Source: Phaeosaccion multiseriatum (Eukaryota; Protista; Ochrophyta, other classes). Taken from it: a stretch of 64,000 nt of DNA. Below the pieces are notes generated by a model. The model worked only from the letters and a program-made list of their open reading frames with translations. It was not told where the DNA came from and ran no database searches. This document shows positions 1 through 12,000 of this stretch, piece by piece (position 1 is the stretch's first letter; each line of letters opens with the position of its first letter). Location: NCBI GenBank assembly GCA_965112735.1, contig OZ218950.1:2356001-2420000 (forward strand). Reading direction: 5' to 3'. A program made the position numbers and the translations under genes.

Positions 1-634
1 TGCGCTTCGTTCCGAGCATCCTTTCCGCCCCGCAGCCGCTACTGCTGCTCCAGCTGCTTCCCTCGAAGGAGGCGCGACAGCTTCTTGCGCGAAAGTGAGT
101 TGGGGAGGCACTTGTGGTCCTGAAAGCCGGGGAGAATGCGTGTGTCGTTGTCAACAGCATGAGTAGGAGGCAAGGGAGGAGCGGAAAGAGAGGCTCCATA
201 GTGCAGCCAACTAGTGGTGTGCCAAAAGGGGGTCAAAGAGGGAGAGAGAGACCAGATGGAGAGGAAAAAGAGAAGAAAAATTGAAAAAAATATGAGAGCT
301 GAAATTTCAAACTCCGCCGTCGGAACTGGCGTTACATACACTTGTGTCCCCTCAGGTGACTCCGCCCGCCCGCACGATTACGCTTTGTTTGTATCCTCTC
401 CAATTCGCTGTAGACTAAAACCAACGCCAGAGCAGACGTCAGCAGTGAGAGCAGACGCAGCAACCAGCAGCAGTAACAGCAGCAACAGGAGGAGAGAAGG
501 AAGACGAGGAGAGAGGCACTCTCTTCGTGAGAAGCGAAAGTGAGAGAGGAGAAGAGGTGGTGGAGCAGCAGCCGCAGGAATCTCGCACACGAACAATCAA
601 TACCTGAAGCGGAAGCAGTGAGAGCAGTAGTGAG

Positions 635-671
635 AGCAGCAGCAGCAGCAGCAGCAGCAATAGCAGCAGCA
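635..671. repeat. (GCA)n microsatellite
   Basis: Direct reading. Confidence 0.85.
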
Positions 672-781
672 AGAGGGAAGCAACAAGGCGAGAAAAGGCG
701 GCACCCCCTAGAGGCAATAATACCTGAAGGCGAGGTAGTGCGAGGGTCAAGCACCAAGAGGAAAGCGAGAGAAACCAAACC

Positions 782-2099
782 ATGAATACCAGCGGCTTCC
801 TTTCTCGCAACTCGGCTGCTGGCCTTGCGTCTCTCCTACTTCTGCATGGAGCATTGCTCGCAGTGAGAGCGACAGCCCCGCCTCAGGCTTCCTGTGACGT
901 GGAGTCCCTCCAGAGCCTTATCAACATGTGTGACGAGTGCGAGATGGCGTGCGGGGAGCAAGGAAACTCATGCTTTTTCGATCCATTGTGCCTAAGCTTG
1001 CCAGGTGAGTGAGCAAACCCATCCTCCTCTTCCCCACCCACTCTTCTATTTCACTGCTCATCCAACCACCGTCACTCACTCACTCACTCACTCTTCTATT
1101 TCACTCCACAGGCATAGGCTGCAATGCCATGGGTCTTCGAGGCTGCCGAGAGTGCGAGTTCGGGAGAGCAGATGAGATTATTTGCAGATTGTGCCCCTGG
1201 AACGTAGGTGCGTGGGTGCGTGGGTGCGTGCGTGGGTGGGCGGGTCCGTGGGTGAGTAGACAGATGGAAAGAGGAGATGGATAGACATATGCATGACCGG
1301 ATGGATGGGTGGGAAGGAGGAGGAGAACCAGCCTGCCCGAAGTTAGAAGAGGAGGCCCGCGCCTCCTCGTCACCTCCCCTCGTCTCCTCCCTCGCTCCCG
1401 CCTCTGCCTACCCGGGTCACCACGACTTTCATCAGCCCGCCGTTGCAAACACTTGCCGTTGTTAGCCACGCGAAGCTAAGTCGCGCCCGAGTGCAGATTC
1501 AGGAAAGTTCACTCTTTCCAGCCTGTTCGGTTCCAGCTACAGCTCATCGTACCCCTCCACCTTCCCTCCCTCCCTCCCTCCCTCCCTCCCTCCCTCCCTC
1601 CCTCCCTCCCTCCCTCCCTCCAGACGATTGCATCCCCAACCCCGAAGCAGCGCCGCCAACGCCGGCCCCCTCACAAACACCTGCGCCAATCGTTCCAGGC
1701 CCTTCTGTTCTCGCACCAAGCCCTACACCGACGGGAGCGCCCTCCTTCATGAGCGTTACTTCTCTAGCCACGGAGGACGGGGAGTCAGGGGATCCCGCTG
1801 ACGGAGAAGAGACTCCCTCGATGGCACCTTTCGTTTCGTCCGCTCCCTTCCAGACGGCGGGGTACTTCTCGTCGGGGGCACCAACCGCTTCACCGTTCGG
1901 GTCAGGAGGAGGGGAATGGTTTTCCACCGGTGCGCCAACTGCTTCACCAATGGATTGGACCTTCTCAACCTTTCCCACCGGAGCTCCGACGGCCTCCCGG
2001 GAGATGATGTTCGCCACACACACTCAACAGGAAGAAGACCCTGCTGTGCCGTCTCCTACCCCTGCTCCTTTCCTGGGGCCCCTTCCGCCCCCTTCTTAG
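782..2099 (+). CDS. Secreted protein, about 264 aa: signal peptide, Cys-rich domain, Pro/Thr/Ser-rich mucin-like tail. Exons 782-1004, 1112-1207, 1624-2099
   Basis: ATG at 782 with hydrophobic N-terminus (AAGLASLLLLHGALLAVRA). GT-AG junctions ccag|gtgagt, cacag|gc, gtag|gtgcgt and ccag|ac give consistent phases. Spliced product has CFFDPLC..GIGCNAMG..CREC and repeated PTPAP/TGAPTASP motifs; stop TAG 2097-2099. Confidence 0.7.
1562..1620. repeat. (CCCT)n microsatellite at intron 3' end
   Basis: Direct reading. Confidence 0.95.
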
Positions 2100-2161
2100 G
2101 TCATGATTCATTCTTTCTGAGCCCATCCCCTCGTTGGAAGCAAGGTTTCGGTAGGGTGGAG

Positions 2162-2162
2162 T

Positions 2163-2222
<60 letters not shown>
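2162..2222. repeat. (GAT)n microsatellite
   Basis: Direct reading. Confidence 0.95.
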
Positions 2223-2489
2223 GGGAAGGGATGGCTTCAGAGCCTCGCCCTGTTTGGGTAGCTCGTGGCTTCGTGGCTTAGCTTAGCTTCACGCGTGGTG
2301 TGTGAACGTTGAGATATCCGCCATTTTTTGTGATCGTGTGTCTGTATCTGCCTGCCTTTTTTCCTTCTCGTATCTGTCTGCAGTCTTTTTGCCATGGTAT
2401 TTTGTATGTGTACCTGTTGCGGTTACTCGGGCCGGGCAGAACGTACCGTCCGTAGCTACGCATCTCCATGGTGTGGGATACGTATGAGC

Positions 2490-2700
<211 letters not shown>

Positions 2701-3234
2701 GCGTGGGTGTGATGCGCGGTTTTTGGCGTGTCCGCCATACATTTCCCTCCTTCTTCTCTCTCTCCCTCTGCCTGTTGGGCTAGCCAGCACGGCACTTTAA
2801 ACTTAAATTTTGAATCAATTTATGCGTCAACACGACGATACGTGAACATGCTTCCTTCCCCTCCTCGTGCACGCACAATGCTTCGACTTACTGCATATGT
2901 CTCCCCTGCCATCCCCTCCACTGCCTCCTCTCCACTTCCACCGTCCTTAAATGCCTGCCCCTAAAGTGGACCCCTGACGCACTATCGCCCACATTCGATA
3001 GCGGATAGCGGATCGGCTGGCGCCGGCCATAGGGGACCGGATCATCAGGGGTTGAATAAAACTCAGCCTCGCTCGCTACCAGGTACTGTACTGTAGAGCG
3101 AAAAATGCAAATATTTTTATTTTTATTTAATTTGATTAATTTCTCTTACTGGACCTCTCCGATACCACGATACCACCTAGCCAATGATTGTCAATCAAGA
3201 GATCGACGATCCAAAGTCGATATCGTCAGTCAAT

Positions 3235-3460
3235 CTACGCCATTTTGAGCGGTTCCCCCACCCAAAGCCGTACGGCGTCGAGGAGAATGAGGATGAGCAT
3301 TGACCCTCCGAGGGAGTCCACGCAACAGTCCCACAGGCCCTTGGGAGGAGCACTTGCACTCTCTTCGAACATGTAGAACATAGGGAAGCTGTTGGTGGTA
3401 CAGAGACGGACGGACGGACGGACGGACGGATGGAGGGTGGGGGAGAGAAAGGTCAGAGAG

Positions 3461-3548
<88 letters not shown>

Positions 3549-4956
3549 CAGGCAAACACACGCACGCACACATTCGCACATCCACACAGACCCTGTAAGT
3601 CACACACACCTAACGATGAAGTAAATGCCATAAAAGGCCGAGCCCACTGTGTAGGCCATATCTCTATCCTCGAAGGAATAGTAAGGGAAGCCGCTGATGG
3701 TGAGAGTCTCCATGAAGGCAGTGCAGTACGCCATTGTAGCTACGAGTACGACAAGAAACAGTTTCCGAGCCCACGTGTCGGAGTAGGACGTCATGGCCTG
3801 CGTGTGGGGGAGGGGAGGGAGAGAGGGAGAGAGGGAGGGAGGGAGGATGGAAATTGTGTGCGTATTTGTGTGTGTGTGTGCGAGACAAGAAGAGAGGGAG
3901 AGAGAGAGGACAAACGTAGACGGAAACGGAGCGGGGGCGTGGGGGGTGGGCTTAGAACGAAAGAGCAGGAGGAGGACTGAGGCAGAACGAAGGCACACGA
4001 ACTCCCAGGCCCCAAGACCATACCCACAGGCCCTTTTGCTTGGACTTGTCACCTTTCGAATGATGAGATTGGATAGTGTGTGGTAGGTACAGAAGTAGAA
4101 GAATGTTGCAAAGTAGAGGGGAATGGGGACGTCATTGAGGCGCCAGGAGGGGAAGGTGTACTTGGCTTTGAGCACGCTGTAGAAGTAGTGCGTGTACCTG
4201 TTGGTGAGACAGGAAGGGAGGGGGGAGGGTAGGGAGGGAGGGAGGGAGGGAGGGAGGGTGGGAGGGACGAAAATGTGGTGTGGGAGAGAAGAGAGCGCCA
4301 CCGGCAGGGTCAGGGGGGTGCCGTGGGCGTTGGCGAGATGCACGCAGTAGTCCCCCCTCTCTCTCAACACTCCCCCCTCTCTTCTTTAGGGGCATCAAGA
4401 GCCTGCCACCTGTCCACACACACACCCTCATGTTTTGTCAGCTCCAAACAAAGGGTGATCTTCTGAACCCTTCCAGTCTCTCCTTTCCCCTCCGGTCCCG
4501 AGAGCTGGCTGAGCCCTGCTCCACTCACCAATAATTGCCAATGTGGCTGTAAATGGCCAGCCACAAGATGGCCTTGGTGGCGAATCGCTTAGTGAACGGC
4601 AGCTTGCTGTCCGGCCTACTCGGATAGAGCCACGGGAAGAGGAAAATGGGTAGGCACAGCCCCACGCAGACAACCATGTAGGCAACCTCGGCCATCTCTT
4701 CGTACAAGCCTAGACCGATGATCACAGCGAACACGAATATCCACACAGCAGAGTACACGAGGGTGAAGGCTTCCCAGGCCCTCTTCCCTGGGTTGTCGTC
4801 GGACCCGGTGGCGAACCAACGACTGCCGATCTCCCCTTCATCATCATCGGATGATCCTACTGCTGATGCTGCTGCTGGTGTGAGGAGCTGCTGCAGCAGG
4901 AGGAGGAGCGTAAAGAGACCCGCCAGGATGCTCGCCATGAGCTGTATGGTGTCCAT
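3235..4956 (-). CDS. CPI1: Cycloeucalenol cycloisomerase (cyclopropyl sterol isomerase), about 304 aa. Exons 4956-4529, 4197-4053, 3797-3610, 3388-3235
   Basis: Recognised motifs: NPGKRAWE, GNYW-YTHYFYSVLKAKYTFPSWRLNDVP, AFMETLTISGFPYYSFEDRDMAYTVGSAFYGIYFIVSFPMF, DSLGGSMLILILLD. Canonical GT-AG introns with consistent phases; multi-TM composition. Confidence 0.9.
3404..3544. repeat. (GACG)n and (CA)n microsatellites in CPI1 intron
   Basis: Direct reading. Confidence 0.9.
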
Positions 4957-5675
4957 CCTCAATCGTGCTTATCGTCCGATCGTGCCCACTTCGCTCCACT
5001 CTACCTCCCCCCTTTAGTGTCACTATCTCCTACCTACGCCTCTCTGCGCCTTGCAGCAGTTTTTGCCTTGACATCCACCCGCTCCTTGACCCGGTGTGTA
5101 TTATCCATTGACTTAGTCGCAGTGCTGGCAAATGCAGCTGTTGGTGATACAGGCGTGTCACAGCTGGGGTACCGTTGAGTTGCCCTCTTTGTTCTCTTGC
5201 ACCTGCTCGATCCTGGGCCTTGTAACCCTCCGGCGAAGACTGGGCCATTGGTCCCTAAGCCCTCTTTCGGTTTACTTCTTCCTGCCCCCCGTTCTGTGCT
5301 CATCTTCACACAACCTCCTCCTCCTCTTCCCTTCCCTCCTGCGCCTCTTCTACTTCCCGCCAAATTCGCGACGCTAGCAGGCGTCGCAGATGGTGAGATA
5401 CCAGTCGCACTACCACTTGCACTGTCCTACCTAAGGTGATGGCCAGACAGAGGCTGCAGTGTGGCGCCCCAGTTCTCCTTGTCTACGTGCTGCATTCCCG
5501 TATCAGCAGCAGAGTCAAAGCAAGAACCGTGGGCCTCCTGCTGCCGAGGCCGCCCCCCCGCCCGAGTTGAGCTGAGACTGGTGGTGCGGCTCCTTCTTTC
5601 CCCGCCATCTTCGTCGACGTACTCGCTGTCATAGTACCGTCTACTTTGGGGTTAGCTGCACGCGCCGACACGTCT

Positions 5676-6372
5676 GCCCTAGGCGGCCTATAAATAGGCC
5701 GAGGGCCTACGGCCCTCGCTAGGCGTGCACGGGGCCGAGTTTCAGGGCATCTCTCTCCTTGTTGCAGACGTATCAACACTCCAGCTCTTAACAGAAGGTA
5801 GTCAAGATCACTCTGTAACTTCTGCGAGAGCTTGGGCTGATGAAGATGCCGATTGTAGCACATACGCTCGTTCCGCTCCGGGCATAGCTCCTTCCCGCGT
5901 CTTCACGGAGGAGGTCGGCAAACGCCATGCAGACGGGCGCACAGCAGCGCAAGATGGCTCAGGAGCCTTCGACGTCATACGTAAGGAGAACGGAGAGGAA
6001 ACGGAGGGTGAATCCCTGGTTTAAGGATGGCAATGGCTGTGGCCGATAGTGGGTCAGCGGAACAGCGGAAACCAGGACAGGGGGGAGAATAGAGCAAGAG
6101 AAGAAGGAGGGCAACTAGGCGCAGGTCCAGGGCGGGAATATGCTTATATGCCCCTGGGCTGGCCCGGAACCCGCCCAAGTGTCGTCAGTTGTAAGCAAAT
6201 GTATTGCATGGGATGTGTTGTCTCTTTCCGCCTCGCTGGCCCTACGAGGAGTGCAGGCCTACAGGTGTGCTGCTACCCACTGGCTGGGCGGCACCACGCA
6301 CGCGCCCACGGTCACTGGGAGGCTGCCTAGAGGCGGGCTATAGGCCGCCGGCCTAGGCGTGCACGGGGCCGA
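5676..6372. repeat. Two related palindromic elements, each ending in the same 20-bp sequence CTAGGCGTGCACGGGGCCGA (5719-5738, 6353-6372)
   Basis: Exact 20-bp direct repeat, each copy preceded by inverted repeats. Confidence 0.7.
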
Positions 6373-6475
6373 TGAAACAAGAGGCAAAAAAAGGCGCTTA
6401 AGATAATTTATTTTCCCATGTACAGTATCTCTAAAACTAAGAGAAGGAAAATGCCGGGGCCTCGCTCCAGCAGTC

Positions 6476-9080
6476 TCACGACAGCTTGCTCTTGAGCAAT
6501 CCTGGCACTCCGCGGCCACCGTACTTGCCTCCATCGCGCAGCCTCTGCCCCATGAGCGGCGGGCTGTAGGCGAAGAGCTCGGCCCGACTGCCGACCGTGC
6601 CGTGGGTGACACGGGCGTAGGGGTGAAGGACTGCCCCTGCCTCCACTCTACAGGGTGACATGACCAGCAGCCCGGCAGTACTGTCTTCCCCAGCACCAGC
6701 AGCTCTTGGGCGAAGCACGTGACCAAAGACTTCACTACGCATGTCAAGTATGGCACCCGCCTCCAGGGTGAGGAAGTCAAAGTCAAACACATCGGCGGCC
6801 AACACCAATGCCTCGAGCGAGATATCCTTCGGCCGCGAGCACGACATTCGAACGTACAGATTGTATAGCCATGTACCGCGAAATACAGGCCACAGAACAT
6901 AAAGCAGGAAGAAGTGGCGCAGCCTGGTCAGAAGGCGGAAGTACTGCGTCCGCGCGCTCCGAGAAATATTCTGTGAGGACATGCACGCTCCCGTGATTGG
7001 GTCTGCGCCACGGCTGAAGTCACCGACGAGCAGCCACTTGGAAGCCACCAAGAGAAGAGTGAGGGCAAGGGCTCCTGCACACCCGCACACGGCCCCGTAC
7101 AGGGGCAGCATGGCCTCGAAGCTCATGCCCCGCTTCTTCCCCAAGCTTTGGTTTAGGTGCCTCCCCACCTCCACCACCACCACCAGAGTCCCAATATGGG
7201 TCGCCAGCATCAGCAGCGTGGCCCATGTCTCTCTGGCGACAAAGGCGGCCCAACGCTGGACGTCTCCGTTTGTGAGTGCGCCGGGTCCCGAGAGCGCAGC
7301 AGATGGGGCCGCATTCTCCCTCCCTCCACCCTCTACTGCGCCCTGCCCCCACGATGTCGACACGACTGTGTCCCCAGCTGCTACAGCGGTGAACATTTCA
7401 ACGCCTTGCTGTGCCGGAATGGCAGCACCAGGCTCCATGACGCACATGTACCCGAGTAGCGCTTCGTCCCCAACGGTGCAGGTCCCTCGCACACGTGTTG
7501 GCCCCACGGCGCTGCCTGCAGTGGCACTACCAACGCTGGTACTGGCTCTTCTCAGCGGCTCATCGGTAGCGAATGCGGCATACGACGCGAAAGAATCATT
7601 TCCTGTGGAAGTATTTGGGGTAGATGGAAAAGGAAAAAAGGAGAGAGAAGGGATGAGAGACAAGTTACATCTTCGCATCATTACACGGGTCTTCGCTCCA
7701 AGCAACGCAGAGCATGGCGGAGAGCCGTGGTGGCAAAGCGCGGTACCAAGCACCCCCCCCTCCTCCCACATACACTTCCCTAGACCTGTCCTCCCTTCTT
7801 ACCAAACGTAATGAGGTGGGCCGTCTCAGGATTGTACGCGCCATCACCAGAGTTGATAGCCCCCCTTCCCATGCGCACACCCAGGGCCTTGCCCCACCAG
7901 TCGAAGAGGCGCCAGCGGGCGAACACGAGCACGTACCCCGACACTTGGCTGTGAAGCTTGCCGAGGTACCATCGACGAAGCGCCCTTCCAAAGTTGTCGG
8001 TGTACACGCCGGGTCGAAGCAGGCAGCTCGGCGCAATGACCCACTTGAGCAGGACCAGGTACAGGGCAAGCGTCAGGAGGGCCCCATACACTCTAAACAC
8101 CGTGCTCATGACTCCTGCGTATCGAAAGTCTCTTGACACACCAAGGAAGGTGTACGCAACGGCGGGCATCCAGCTAAAGAAGGCCGTGAGCATGACAGAA
8201 GCCGTAATTAGCACCACACGCGCCCCGCCTTGCAGGAGTTGGAGGGCTTCCTTCGCCCATCCGTCACTGCCCTTTGCCAAGTGTCTCTCTCTGTCGGTCA
8301 TCACAGCTCGTCCACCCCCCTCCTCCTCGGCGCTGGGGCGGCTCTGCTTCCTCTGCGCCGGGTTGCCCTCCCACACACCATCACCAGCAGGAATGCGCGT
8401 CAGGGGGTATACAACGGACAGGCGAGCGACCCGTGTGCCCTCGCCCACCTTCACCCCACCGTACACCACAGCCCCGGCCTCCACCTCTGCGCCTGCACCC
8501 ACAACAATGCTGCGAAAGACCATGCTTGACGGCGTGAAGGAGCGAGGACACAGCGAGCCAGTCACCGAAGCGCCCGCCCCAATCGTGATGAGGTCAAACT
8601 CTCGAAGAAAGGTGGAGATGGAGCAGCGCCAGGAGACGTCGGCACCCAGAAGCTTGTAGAACAAAGTGATGCCCGGTGTTCCGAGGGTAACAAAGCCACC
8701 AACCACTTCCCACACATTGATGCACGCATTCACGTACCACCAGCGGTGATAGTACGATGCGTGGAGTGCGACGGTGCCCTCAAAATATGTCCCCACGACA
8801 AGCCACTTGACGCACAGGATGGAAGCGGAGTACGTCAGGAACCACAGGACGATGCTGAAGGAGACCAGAGGGCCCCAACCCACAACTCCACCTGGAGAGG
8901 CGTAAGATGACTCCGGATTGGCGAGATGACTCAAGTCCTTCCCTACCCACACCGAAGTCTCGATGTCAGAGTCCGTCTGGAGCCAGCGGAGGTAGCGGTA
9001 AGCTGGAATCATGCAAGCGAAGACCTGCGCCAAGAGTACCGCAATGAGTACCACTTGCGTCACCTTGAAGCCCACAGAGG
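6476..9080 (-). CDS. C-terminal membrane domain with three TM-pair plus hexapeptide (LbH) repeats; resembles the epsilon-poly-L-lysine synthetase C-terminus / NRPS terminal domain
   Basis: Three repeats each start after TM helices with KW(L/V)(V/I/L): VKWLVVG..YYHRWW..GTPG..YKLLGADV..DLITIGAGASV..VGAGAEVEAGAVV..WEGNPA; LKWVIAP..PGVY..RRWY..ALGVRMG; SKWLLVG..FRGTWLYNLY..FDFLTLEAGAILD. Stop TGA 6476-6478. Confidence 0.75.
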
Positions 9081-12000
9081 ACATCATCTTTGCGCACAGC
9101 AACGGCTCCTGCTCCTCTATCACCCCCTCGTGAGCCGCTGCCCCTTCGCCGTGGCTCTGCCTTCCCTTTCCCCCACCGGTAACGAGGTCGCGATGCCGCT
9201 GCTCCACCACCAGTGTGGCGAGGCCCTCTGCGGTGGGGTTCTGTAGCACCTCCGCCAGCGGCAGCTCCTCCTGCAGCTCAAACTGGTCCTGGAGCGTGTT
9301 GACCAGCTGCACCACGGCCAGAGAGTCCATACCCAACTCCAGGAAGGAGACAGTACTGTTGATACTCGTATCCGTACCAACAGCTTGGAGCTGGGCCTCG
9401 AGGTCCGCCTCCTTCAGAGGAGAGACAGCCCGCCCTTCTCTCATCTGCTGCTGCTGCTGCTGCTGCTGCCTCTCCATCTGGAAAATACGTGCAATCTCCA
9501 GGCAGGCATCCACCGCCTTCTCATGCACGTCTTCTTCGCTCTCGATCACCACTCGACCCCTGTGCGGAGAGTCATCTGGCTCATAGAGACCAGAGCACAT
9601 GAATACCAACGGCGGCCTTGCCGTTGTCTTCTTCCCTTCAGTTCTGCCTTCACCCGCACTTCCCCGCGGTACCGCCGCTGCCAATGCTCCCCAATTACTC
9701 AAGATAACGTGAGCATTCGTTCCGCCCACGCCATACGAGTGCACCGCGGCGATGAGCGTGCCTGCCCGAGCTCGCGCTCCACCTCCATCCTCGCTGCTGC
9801 TGCTGCCCTTCCAGTCCACGGGAGTCTTGAAAGTAGTGAGCTGCGAGCAGAGGGCGATGCGCGACTGCTCAATGTAGCCGAGCTCTGGGGACAAGTGCTC
9901 TCCATGCAGATTGGGCGGTGTCTGCTGGTGCTGAAGTACTAAAATGGCCTTAATGAGCTGCCCCAGTCCCGACGCACCCTCCATATGCCCCACACTGGTC
10001 TTCACCGCACCCACGCAGAGTGGATATATCCGCTCCCCGTTAACGCGTTGCTCCTCCTCAACGTAGACCCCGTGCAGAGCGCCCATCTCAATGCTGTCGC
10101 CCAGCACCGTGCCCGTCCCGTGTGCCTCCACGTATCCCACCTCACACGCTCGACGACTTGCGTCTCTCAATGCCCTCCTCATCACCTCTCGCTGTGCCAC
10201 GCCATTGGGGGCCGTCATCTGAGCGCTTTGCCCGTTGTGGTTGACTGCGCATCCTTCAATGACTGCCAGGATGTTGTCATGGTCCGCTTCCGCGTCCGAG
10301 AGACGCTTCAAAACGAGAGCTCCGCAGCCTTCCGCTCGGACATAACCATCAGCTCCGGCAGCAAAGGACGCCGTGCGACTGAGATGGATAGGAATCGATG
10401 GGGGGAAGACAAAAGGAAGGAATGAGAGAGAGAGTCGTCAAAAGCGGTGCCGCAACCAAGAAATCAATCATATGCGCCACAAAGCTTCCGCTTACCCTTT
10501 CTTAGAGAGCAGACCGGCCTTCCGGAGGGTAACAAAGCCTTGGGGGTGAAGAAGTAAGTTCACCCCCCCCACCACGGCTGTCTTGCACTTGCCCAGTCTG
10601 AGCTTGTCGCACGCGGCCTCCAGCGCAACAAGCGAGCTCGAGCACGCAGTGTCCAGCGTTAAGCTTGGCCCCACGAGTCCAAGCCGATTGCTGATGCGTC
10701 CGGCCACCAGAGAGGTACTCGTTCCCCCGAGGGTGTACGCATCAGGCTTCTGTGCACTGTCCGTCTGTACGGTCGCCCAGTCACTGCCGGATAGACCGAT
10801 GAAGACGCCCGTGTCTGAACCCTTCATGGCATACTTGTCCCAGTTCTTTGCCGTCATATTCCTCTCTTCCGGCGTCCCCTCGCGAAAAGCCTGCAAAGCC
10901 CGCCTCTGCAAGTGCTTCGTACGCTACTTGGAGCATCAACCGCTGATTCGGGTCCATGGTGCTGGCCTCGCCGGACGGAATGCCAAAGAGTTCATTATCG
11001 AAGCTCTGCAATTCATCATCCAAAAAGCCCCCGTGCAGCCCTAAAGTCTCCTCGCCCCACCCCTCGAAGGGGAGCCGAGTGGCACAGTCGACTCCATCGA
11101 CAAGATTCCCCCAGAAAGCGGCAGGGTTGTCTGCGCCGCCCGGGAAGCGACAAGCCATGCCCACCACCGCCAGCCCACGACGGCGGCGCTGACTCTCTGC
11201 CGTGAGCTCTCCTCGCGCTTGGTGGAGAGACTGCTCCTCTTCGAGCTCCGCACAGACTCGTTGCTGCGGTGCCCCTTCTTTGCTGCCATCATGCCCAGCA
11301 ACTCCGTGAGACAGTACTTCATCTTCGACCCATGCCGCCAATGCTGCCACCGTTGGATACGAGAAGAGTACGTCGCTGGTCACATTCACTCCAAAGCGAG
11401 ACTGCAGCCGGCCGCGCAGCTCCGCCGTTGCCAAAGAGTCAAGGCCTGCCTCCATCAGCGGGGTGGTGTCGGTCAGCTCTTCGGCACCCTCCCCAATCAG
11501 CTCCTTGGCTATATCCATCACCGCAAGGCTCACCATACGTTTCCGGTCTTCGGCGGACAGCCCCAGCAGCTCCTCGCGCACTTCATTGTTGAGTTCGGTG
11601 TTGCTGGACACGCCTGCTGCTGTTGAGACAAGCCCTGACAGCAGGAACGAGCCGCGGGACGCACCCAAGCTGTCTGCAAACTTGCTCCAGTCCATCCCAG
11701 GCAGAACGGCATAATCGCCCAAATGCGCTGACGACATCGCAGCGGCATCTAAGGCAGCCATGCCCAGCTCAGCTGACACCGTGCCCACACCAGCCAGCTC
11801 CAACTGTTTTTGAACGATATCGAGCTGGGCGGCCATACCAACGTCAGCCCACGGCCCCCACTGCAATGACGTCCCTGCGAGCCCGAGGTGTCGCCTGTGC
11901 CGCATCAGCCCGTCCACAGCCGCATTCGCTGCAGCGTAGTTGGCCTGTCCAGCGTTACCCAGTACTCCGGCCATGGATGTGAAGCAAAAGAAGAAGTCAA

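Noticed and set aside
5676-5738. Helitron 3' end (hairpin plus CTAG)
   Set aside because: CTAG abuts the hairpin, is not followed by T, and the shared sequence continues past it; no matching 5' end or RepHel ORF was seen.
5483-6343. Short ORFs between CPI1 and the PKS
   Set aside because: No recognisable motifs or consistent exon structure.
6476-9080. Calling the gene a PKS-NRPS hybrid
   Set aside because: No adenylation or HHxxxDG condensation domain is visible in the window; only the Pls-like terminal region is NRPS-associated.
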